34,931 nucleotides of DNA from a bacterium. GTDB taxonomy: Bacteria; SZUA-182; DTGQ01. Below the pieces are notes generated by a model that was given only the letters and a program-made list of their open reading frames with translations, did no database searches and was not told the origin of the DNA. The stretch covers positions 1 through 34,931 of the forward strand of contig JBFMGO010000057.1 in the NCBI GenBank assembly GCA_040752695.1, given 5' to 3'. A program made the position numbers and the translations under genes. This document shows, piece after piece, positions 9,560 to 16,864 of this stretch. How positions within the stretch are numbered: the first letter of the stretch is position 1; each line of letters starts with the position of its first letter.

Positions 9560-12136
9560 ATGATAATCACGAAAAATCAAACCTCGATCTATCGCACCAG
9601 GAGACATCGAGCCGCAAGACGCCGGGCCATGAGACATTGCGACCGGAAGCATCGCACTGTGAACATCGTGGTTCGATCCTTTTTTATTCTTTTTATCCTT
9701 TTCGCGCTGATATGGTTTGCCGCATGCAGTCAGACTCCATCCGGACAGGAGGACGGCCCTGTGGAGCTTTCCCTGCGCCAGAGAGTTTCCGGCACCATCT
9801 CCCGGCCTGGAGAGGTTGACTGGTATCACATAAGGGCAGTTGAAGCCAACAGTATCCTGAAGGTAAATTGCTCCTCCAACACCTATCGCTCCGATGAAGA
9901 GCTTCTGGTAACCGTTTACCAGATGAACGGCGATGGGTCCTGGGTAAGGCTCCTAGCTGAGCACGCGCCGGAGGGGAGCGAGGTACCGCCGGATATTACC
10001 ATGAATATTTCCATCGATACACCGAAAAATATCTATATCTCGGTACGGGATCTTATGGATGATGAATCCTCGAATAATCCCTATTACCTTACCATCGATT
10101 ATGCCCAAGGTCCTGAGGGGAATGAAAATTTCAGTCAGGCCACTCCCCTGGCAGTCGATGACCCGCAGAGTTGTCAGATCGATTGCATCGGTTCTATCGG
10201 TGATATCGACTGCTACCGGTTTACCGCAACAGAGGATGGCGTGTACGCCATACGTGTCGATTTTTCTCCATTTTCCGACGGAACTCCTGTGGAGCTCTCC
10301 CTCGATCTTTACGACAGCCAGGGGAACCTGACAGAATCCTTAAGGCATGGCCAGGGAAACGCCTATCACCTTCTCGCCTGTCTTGGTGCAGGGGATTACT
10401 ATGTGCTTATCAAAGATTATGGGATGGATGATTTCGATTCTGCCTCGACCTATCAAATCTGCCTGGAAACAGGTGCTGCCGATGAGCAGGGAGTCAATGA
10501 CACAAGACCGGGTGCCTCTCCCATGGAGTACGACAATGCGAGTCTCACCTTTTCGGCACATGGCTCCATTGACTATATGGAGGATCAGGACTGGTACGGA
10601 TTTTCCCTCAAGGACATTCCTGCCAAAGGGTGTAAGGTGCTCGCCATAAGCTTTGACGATGAAGGGCAGGGATTGCCTTTCACCTACCAGCTTGCCCTGG
10701 AAGTTGCATCAGGGGATGAAGGAGGGAATGATGCAGGGGATGGGGATGGCGCACAAGATGGAGTTTCAGGGGCTTCAGGAGGCAGGGTTTTGCTTTCCCA
10801 CACCTATCGAGGGGGATCGTCCCCCTATCGAAATGAGATCAAGGCAGGGGAGGAGGATTATTACCTCGTAATCCAGGCTGCACAAGACCAGATTATCACG
10901 CAAGGGGCCCCCTACCGGGTCTATCTGACAGTTCTGGACGTTGCCGATCCAGCCGAAGATGCGGTAAAAAGTATCGATCCCAATACCGGCACTCCTGCTG
11001 CCGTGGGGAACGATACCATCGATACGGCGGATCTTCTCGTCTCGGACAGCCCTGTCACGGCCATGATCGGGTACCGGGGAGATGAGGACTGGTACCGCAT
11101 CGAGGTTGAAGATACGGACAGCCCGAAGGTGCTCGAGGTGTTTTTGGATACCAACTCCCAGCCCTCATCCGTGAATTACTCCCTGAGTGTCATGCGGGAT
11201 GAGGTTGTCGGCAGGGCAGTTGACAGAAGCGGTGAAAACGGCCCGTGTGAATTAAAGATGGGGCTTTTAATCCCCGAGTCTGGATCTGTCCCCATCACGC
11301 CTGCCTCGTATTTTTTCAGGGTCTGCGATTACCAGGCAGATAATGGTGACGGCCTTACGCCGTACCGCATCCAGGCCAATATCAGAGAGATTCCAAAAAC
11401 CCTGCCCGCGGACCCTGCCATCGATCAAAACAGAGTCATCTACTACAGCGAAACCCGGGAGATCGGGGACAATACCACAACTTCCATCAAACTTGAGTAT
11501 ACATCCCTGATCAAGACAGAGTATAAGGTCAATACCGCTCTTTTTGACTTCCATGATCAAAACCGGGTGAGCGACAGCACCCAGGCAGCCGGCGATCCGA
11601 ATCTGACGGCAGGAATGAGCGCCGATATTATCATGGAAAAAGATGGTGACCAGACGACGATTTCCTTTCCCTGGATTGCGGGATATATCGATTATCAGGG
11701 AGACCAGGACTGGTTCGAGATTGACCTTGGACCTCTTGCCGATGCAAACCAGCCTGCTGACAGCAGTTGGTACTATGATATCAGTATCGATATGCATGCA
11801 GGTGCCCCTGGCTCCAGTGTGGAATATATCTGGAAATTATACCGCGACCGGAACCAGAACGGGATCATGGTTGACCGTCCGAGAGACTCCGATGGCTTCA
11901 TGGCCAGTGCAGGTGATCTCGGTACCGAGATACAACCCTTTGATGTCACCACACCGGCAGAGGGCACGGATCAGAAATTCTGGGTCGGGGATGCCTGGAA
12001 GGGGAAATTCTATCTGAGCATCAGTGATTTTAATTACGTTAACTCCGCACATCCGGACGACGACTGGGGATATACCGGCGCTCCTTATTACGTCCGGGTA
12101 ACCCTGAAGTACCATAAAGGGCAGTCTTATCCTTAA
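9560..12136 (+). CDS. Large lipoprotein with about 5 PPC-like beta-sandwich repeats (possibly MtsF-like)
   Basis: Lipobox WFAAC. Repeated motif I...G/E-D/E-.-D-W/C-Y/F (ISRPGEVDWY, IGSIGDIDCY, IDYMEDQDWY, IGYRGDEDWY, IDYQGDQDWF). Very acidic. The exact start is uncertain. Confidence 0.65.
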   Translation: MIITKNQTSIYRTRRHRAARRRAMRHCDRKHRTVNIVVRSFFILFILFALIWFAACSQTPSGQEDGPVELSLRQRVSGTISRPGEVDWYHIRAVEANSILKVNCSSNTYRSDEELLVTVYQMNGDGSWVRLLAEHAPEGSEVPPDITMNISIDTPKNIYISVRDLMDDESSNNPYYLTIDYAQGPEGNENFSQATPLAVDDPQSCQIDCIGSIGDIDCYRFTATEDGVYAIRVDFSPFSDGTPVELSLDLYDSQGNLTESLRHGQGNAYHLLACLGAGDYYVLIKDYGMDDFDSASTYQICLETGAADEQGVNDTRPGASPMEYDNASLTFSAHGSIDYMEDQDWYGFSLKDIPAKGCKVLAISFDDEGQGLPFTYQLALEVASGDEGGNDAGDGDGAQDGVSGASGGRVLLSHTYRGGSSPYRNEIKAGEEDYYLVIQAAQDQIITQGAPYRVYLTVLDVADPAEDAVKSIDPNTGTPAAVGNDTIDTADLLVSDSPVTAMIGYRGDEDWYRIEVEDTDSPKVLEVFLDTNSQPSSVNYSLSVMRDEVVGRAVDRSGENGPCELKMGLLIPESGSVPITPASYFFRVCDYQADNGDGLTPYRIQANIREIPKTLPADPAIDQNRVIYYSETREIGDNTTTSIKLEYTSLIKTEYKVNTALFDFHDQNRVSDSTQAAGDPNLTAGMSADIIMEKDGDQTTISFPWIAGYIDYQGDQDWFEIDLGPLADANQPADSSWYYDISIDMHAGAPGSSVEYIWKLYRDRNQNGIMVDRPRDSDGFMASAGDLGTEIQPFDVTTPAEGTDQKFWVGDAWKGKFYLSISDFNYVNSAHPDDDWGYTGAPYYVRVTLKYHKGQSYP

Positions 12137-12169
12137 GGCCAGGTATTGAATGGCAGGCATTTCCCGGAA

Positions 12170-12213
12170 GATCCCCCATTTTCTCCCTTTACAAAGAGGG
12201 AAAAAGGGGGATC
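12170..12213. repeat. Inverted repeat / hairpin after the operon (terminator-like or REP-like)
   Basis: gatccccc-attttct-ccctttacaaagaggg-aaaaa-gggggatc: the arms are complementary, and there is no U-tract. Confidence 0.55.
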
Positions 12214-12244
12214 GGGCACCATGTAACAGAAGGAGAAGTTTTAT

Positions 12245-13216
12245 ATGGTGAACACATCCATCAGTTTAACCCGGTTAACAATCATGGTAAGGAATGTAAG
12301 CAAGGCTAAAAAAGGAGGCAATAGAGCCCGATTCGCTGGTGCAGCCGGTGAAACTTTCCTGCTCTTTGCAGCCATGATTTTTTTGACTGCTCAAGTTTGC
12401 TCAGCCGAGGTGAATCCCTATAGCTTTCCGGACGGTCCACGAGGCCTTCATTATAACCTCAATATTATAAGTAAAAAAGCAGGGTTTATCTGCCCTAAGC
12501 TGACCTATGAGGAAAACGGAAATTCCATCGGTGATAATGCTGTTTTTGTTCCGGATGATGGAATAGGCTTCAGGATCTCCATGCAGTATGAAAAGGGAGA
12601 GGGGGCAGAGGGAGAGAGGACAGCGGAAGTTACTGGTGGGCGTCGGGTTTCTTATCCATATGCGGGCATTGATGGAAATGACGTCCTTATTCAACTGCCC
12701 ATGAATGAAGCCGGATACCGGGTATATGCCAAGGCCTTGACGAAACCCGCAGATAACCCTGATGTCACGGTGATTCCTGCTCTGATGGCAGTCAAGGATG
12801 AAAGCGGAAATGACCTCGTATATCTTGGGCTGATCACCGAAAGCGGAGTTGAAACATCATACGAGTCCAGCTCAATTGTCTGTCAGAAAGACAAATCCAG
12901 GGCTGTTGACATTACCGCTCTCTTTCGCTGGAGCGGCACGGTATGCTATCTCTACGAACCGGAAGAATACCAGAACAAAAGAGATTTGTGCTGTGTTGAT
13001 CTGGACTTTGACGGTGTTTACGATGAATGGTATGATGCTGTGGAAGATCCGCTTACGAACCTGCCGCCCTGTTCCGAAGGTTACTCTTTCGTTACTGCAT
13101 ACTGCAAGGAATATGCAGACGAATGGGTATTTAATATTACCGATTTCGCTCCTTATCTATGGAGAACTGATAAAAACGGGATGAAATCGCTCCAGGTTCG
13201 ATTCTATCCGAATTAA
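12245..13216 (+). CDS. Secreted Cys-containing hypothetical protein
   Basis: RBS aaggag upstream, signal-like segment FLLFAAMIFLTAQVCSA, motif GLHYNLNIISKK, a Cys-rich C-terminal region with DLDFDG, and end LQVRFYPN. Confidence 0.7.
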   Translation: MVNTSISLTRLTIMVRNVSKAKKGGNRARFAGAAGETFLLFAAMIFLTAQVCSAEVNPYSFPDGPRGLHYNLNIISKKAGFICPKLTYEENGNSIGDNAVFVPDDGIGFRISMQYEKGEGAEGERTAEVTGGRRVSYPYAGIDGNDVLIQLPMNEAGYRVYAKALTKPADNPDVTVIPALMAVKDESGNDLVYLGLITESGVETSYESSSIVCQKDKSRAVDITALFRWSGTVCYLYEPEEYQNKRDLCCVDLDFDGVYDEWYDAVEDPLTNLPPCSEGYSFVTAYCKEYADEWVFNITDFAPYLWRTDKNGMKSLQVRFYPN

Positions 13217-13345
13217 GGGGAGGGGGGCGGCTTTCTGATTCCTCTTCTGGTGCCTGGTCGCTTATACCTGGACGCATTTTTTTGGTACAGGCATTCTTCA
13301 TTATACGGCCAGTTACCCCCCTCGGCCTTTGCCCTCCCCTCTTCC

Positions 13346-14698
13346 TTAATGCCTGAGTATCTTTCTCAGGACTCTTTTTCGCCTCATTCTCCTGCCCCTT
13401 TTCTTCCGTGGATCACCCGATGTGTAGCCCAATTTCTCCCAATTCAGCAACCTGCGGCCGGTCTTGCCGTGACAGTCCGTACAGGCAGGAACTTTATCAG
13501 TGGATACGATGGAGTGGCTCAGATTGAAAGTAATCTCTCTGGTTATTGCTGTTGCATCGGGATAGTCTGGTTCCGAATCCGCATCGCCGGGGTCATCATA
13601 GGCTCGCATGTCGGCCTCTGTAGTAACGAGCGGGGAAGAGGGATCTTGCGGATCAACAGGTTTGCCTGCGGCCTTGACCTTTTTGGCAATAATAATGTCA
13701 TCCAGTTCCGAGCCTTCCGATTTGATAAACCAGGTAACAGTGATTACGTTGAAAGGATATATCTTTGCTCCGGGAAAGTCTTTCCTTTCCGCATAGTCGA
13801 GAATTGGTACATATTTATGATCCGGCGATGGGCCGGCAGCATCATACCATTTGTACTGCGGCACCCATCCGGCCTCATGGTAGCAGGTGAGCGGCTTTCC
13901 GCCGATGAATTGTGTCCAGTCCCTCTTAAGCATGGCCTGGTCCGACCTGCTTCGGGTGTCGGTATGACAGGTTTCACAGGCAACCTTCTTACAGTGCTGG
14001 TCAAGCCTGTTTGCTTCGGCAATAATCTTTCCATCCTCGACCGCCCTTTGGTGGGGTGTGGATGGATGACAACCGCTCATGGTGCAACTGACCACGGGAT
14101 CGGTCATGGTTGGCTCACTGGTATCGAGCGCCTCACCTTTGGCTATCTGGTGGTTTTGGGCTGGATGGCAGTATTGGCAGCCACTTTGATAATGAACGGC
14201 AAGGTGAATATCACTGCCGGGATCAAAGAGGTCTCCCCTTTTTTCCGTTTCCTTTTCGTGGCACGTATAGCATTTCTGGATTGTCGGTGCCACGACTACA
14301 TAATCCAAGCTGCTGACCTGGTTAACCTCCGGGTGGCAACTCAGGCAGTTGACCTGTGGCTTATTCGGGTTCCACCTTGCTCCGATGTGACATTCGTCAC
14401 ACCCCCGGCTGATCCAGCCGTCAATGCCTCCCTCTTCACTGAATTTGAAATAAGACAGGGGGCACCATTTATCAACCATACCAAGCCCTGTACCATAGCC
14501 AATCTGCCCGTGGTATGACTGCTCGACCTCTTCATAGAGATCGAAATCTTGCATAAAAATATTTTCAATACCTTGAGCCCTGATACTCTCAGAGCCCTGA
14601 GCCCTGACATTTTCGATGCCCAGGCAGGCAATCATGCTGATGAGCAAAAATATGCCTGCGTATAATCCGATAGATACTCTTTTCCTTGGAGTAATCAT
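13346..14698 (-). CDS. Periplasmic multiheme cytochrome c (7 heme motifs), OTR/MmcA-like
   Basis: Signal/TM helix. Motifs CDECH, CLSCH, CYTCH, CQYCH, CTMSGCH (CX4CH), CETCH, CTDCH. The segments HQIAKG, H.KKVACETCH, PQYKWYD and AKIYPF resemble the octaheme tetrathionate reductase/MmcA family. Confidence 0.85.
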   Translation of the reverse strand: MITPRKRVSIGLYAGIFLLISMIACLGIENVRAQGSESIRAQGIENIFMQDFDLYEEVEQSYHGQIGYGTGLGMVDKWCPLSYFKFSEEGGIDGWISRGCDECHIGARWNPNKPQVNCLSCHPEVNQVSSLDYVVVAPTIQKCYTCHEKETEKRGDLFDPGSDIHLAVHYQSGCQYCHPAQNHQIAKGEALDTSEPTMTDPVVSCTMSGCHPSTPHQRAVEDGKIIAEANRLDQHCKKVACETCHTDTRSRSDQAMLKRDWTQFIGGKPLTCYHEAGWVPQYKWYDAAGPSPDHKYVPILDYAERKDFPGAKIYPFNVITVTWFIKSEGSELDDIIIAKKVKAAGKPVDPQDPSSPLVTTEADMRAYDDPGDADSEPDYPDATAITREITFNLSHSIVSTDKVPACTDCHGKTGRRLLNWEKLGYTSGDPRKKRGRRMRRKRVLRKILRH

Positions 14699-14932
14699 TA
14701 TCTCCCTACCTCTCTCTTTTTTCTCTCTCCATCCCTACTTCTCCCTGAGTTTTGAATGCATCTGCCATGATGCTGTATCTCACTTGAATGCTGTGTCTTA
14801 TTTGAACGCTCCGCCTTGGCTGAATGCTATAAATCTCACCTGAGTACCGTCCTCTTCTCACCTCTTTACCAATTGTATCGGAAATAGATTAAAGCCTTAT
14901 ATCAGTGTCAAAAGGAAATTGACAACGAGATA

Positions 14933-14972
14933 AAAAAAGGGCAGAGCCGCTAGAGCGGCTCTGCCCTTTTTT
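14933..14972. terminator. Intrinsic terminator, bidirectional-type
   Basis: Perfect 18-bp inverted repeat aaaaaagggcagagccgc-taga-gcggctctgccctttttt, about 90 nt downstream of the minus-strand methyltransferase stop. Confidence 0.85.
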
Positions 14973-15063
14973 CATGTTGTCGAGATATTGGAATGCAATT
15001 CAAGGTTTCATCATTACTTATACCTGTGAACCTTGGACGTCAATTATTGAGTTATGGTGCATT

Positions 15064-15858
15064 TTAAGCTTCTGCCTGCTCGTTCACCAGAACATAATAG
15101 AGCGGGCCGAGTTCGCCGGTAATCTGGCTATCCAGGGGAACCTCGCGGTACTCCTGGTTATAGATTGCCCGCACACTGAACCCCGCCTCGTGGGCAAGCC
15201 TTTTGAAATCCTCGAAAAACCAAAGCCTCAGGGCATCTTTCCATTCATGCACAAATTGCCTGCCTTTATCCTCGCCTTCAAGCCTGGCGCCTATGTGCCT
15301 TACCTTACCTTGCAGGTCGTAGTGTTCAGCTCGCCAAGTCATCTTCACTCTCGTCCCGTCCCTTTCATCAAGCCAGGTATCGGACGGTCCCCACTCGTCT
15401 TTTACGTCGTTCCAGGCGCAGGTGAACTCGACGATATAAACCCCTCCTCTGCGGAGCGATGCGGACATGGTTCTGAAGTGTCTCAGGATATCATCATCAG
15501 AAAGGCAATATCCGAGGCTGTTGATGGGGTTGAATGCGGCGTCGAATCTGGGGTTGAATTTCAACGTCTTCATATCGCCAAAAAGAACCCTGGCCTGTCC
15601 ACAACACCCTGCCTGCTCGATTTTCTCCTGGGCATAGGAGACCATTTTCGTGCTGATATCATAGCCGGTGGCATGATACCCATTCTTTGCAAAAGACACC
15701 AGATACATGCCGCTGCCGCAGGCTGGCTCCAGAATATTTTTGACTTCAAAAGCAGCGTATTTCTGAAAACAATCGATAAAAAACTCTACCTCCCTGGAGA
15801 CATCCCGCGAGAAGGCAATATCATAATACAATGGCAAATTATAGAAAGAAGTATCCAT
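15064..15858 (-). CDS. Class I SAM-dependent methyltransferase
   Basis: Motif I ILEPACGSG, GYDIS, GDMK and NSLGY. RBS aaggagg precedes ATG 15858, so the ORF-track extension to 16089 is probably spurious. Confidence 0.9.
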   Translation of the reverse strand: MDTSFYNLPLYYDIAFSRDVSREVEFFIDCFQKYAAFEVKNILEPACGSGMYLVSFAKNGYHATGYDISTKMVSYAQEKIEQAGCCGQARVLFGDMKTLKFNPRFDAAFNPINSLGYCLSDDDILRHFRTMSASLRRGGVYIVEFTCAWNDVKDEWGPSDTWLDERDGTRVKMTWRAEHYDLQGKVRHIGARLEGEDKGRQFVHEWKDALRLWFFEDFKRLAHEAGFSVRAIYNQEYREVPLDSQITGELGPLYYVLVNEQAEA

Positions 15859-16082
15859 AGTAACACAGTCCTCCTTAAAAAACAGCCATCTTAACAATGA
15901 ATATCCTGGTAAAGCCTTTGATTTTAGGTGCCATAACATATCGCATCTGGCCGAAGAGGTCAAGAGATTTCGCGAAGAGGCCAGGAGATTTTCGGCTCTG
16001 GTCGTTGTTTGGGCCGTTTGAAGCCGGAAATCGGAAATAGCAGAGGAATTAGATTCAATTTTATATACAATAATTTTTATTA

Positions 16083-16111
16083 TTGACAATATACTATATT
16101 ATCTATATAAT
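16083..16111 (+). promoter_or_regulatory. Perfect-consensus sigma70 promoter
   Basis: TTGACA (16083-16088), 17-nt spacer, TATAAT (16106-16111), with an AT-rich UP-like region upstream. Confidence 0.85.
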
Positions 16112-16146
16112 ATAAATAAGCTGATAAAAGAAAAGTATTATACCAT

Positions 16147-16239
16147 TTTCACTCGATCTACTCTTCCCGCCAATACGCAGGTATTTTTCAGGATAAAACA
16201 CCTTGCCGGATCAGCCCAGGGAAGATCCATCGAGTGGAA
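16147..16239 (+). other. Long rod-like hairpin in the predicted 5' leader
   Basis: tttcactcgat pairs with atcgagtggaa, tcttccc pairs with gggaaga, and the inner gcaggtatttt pairs with aaaacaccttgc. Confidence 0.55.
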
Positions 16240-16347
16240 CAACCAAAAAGGAGGAATGAAAAGAAGATATCAAATCCGGTGACGCGGCCTTTTTGATGAG
16301 GAAACGAACAGTGACCAGATAACAAAATAGAGCAAGGAGATAAAAAT

Positions 16348-16719
16348 ATGAGACCGTACAAAAAGTATGGAATGGTTTTCAGTTTGATAGCCGTGAGCGT
16401 ATTTTTCCTGAGTGTAGCCTCGCATGGCGGCATAGGCACCTCGCCAGGTGAGCTTGTCCCTTGTGGCATAGCTACCTCGCCAGCCGTTATAGCCCCTTGT
16501 TACGATTCAATACCTCCGTTGTATACCGCCAGCCTGCCATCCAAAGGCAGAGGGGGGTTATGGCCCCCGGTTTGGCTCGATTTTCATGCTCTTTACCCCC
16601 CGATGTGGCCCTATTACCCCGAGGGGAAGTCCGATTCCACGACGTCCGCACCCTCTGATTCCGGCCAGTCTGAGCCCGTTCAACTGTTGACGGTGAGGCA
16701 AGTCCTCCCCATTATTTAA
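16348..16719 (+). CDS. Small secreted Pro/aromatic-rich hypothetical protein
   Basis: RBS aaggag, signal peptide (MRPYKKYGMVFSLIAVSVFFLSVASHG), two Cys, and a LWPPVWLDFHALYPPMWPYYP segment. Confidence 0.65.
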   Translation: MRPYKKYGMVFSLIAVSVFFLSVASHGGIGTSPGELVPCGIATSPAVIAPCYDSIPPLYTASLPSKGRGGLWPPVWLDFHALYPPMWPYYPEGKSDSTTSAPSDSGQSEPVQLLTVRQVLPII

Positions 16720-16778
16720 CTGGTGATACTATGGTTAAAAGTTATGGTTAAAAGATAAAGTATTGCACTTTGAACAAC

Positions 16779-16827
16779 CCATTTTCCGCAGAGGGTACTC
16801 TTTTAGGGTATCCTCTGCTCAAAATGG
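16779..16827. terminator. Hairpin between convergent genes, probable terminator
   Basis: ccattttccgcagagggtactc-tttt-agggtatcctctgctcaaaatgg imperfect inverted repeat. Confidence 0.55.
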
Positions 16828-16864
16828 CTCCCTCGTGCCGCTCTTTCCATTTTTTGCTTTTTCG

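Noticed and set aside
13250..14518. 422-aa ORF on the + strand
   Set aside because: Antisense shadow of the multiheme cytochrome gene.
14700..15060. Riboswitch upstream of the cytochrome gene
   Set aside because: No recognisable aptamer consensus. The strong hairpin is adequately explained as the terminator of the upstream methyltransferase gene.
14974..15894. 306-aa ORF on the + strand
   Set aside because: Antisense to the methyltransferase, with no motifs or RBS.
15859..16089. N-terminal extension of the methyltransferase in the ORF track
   Set aside because: A strong RBS precedes ATG 15858, and the extension runs into the AT-rich divergent promoter region.
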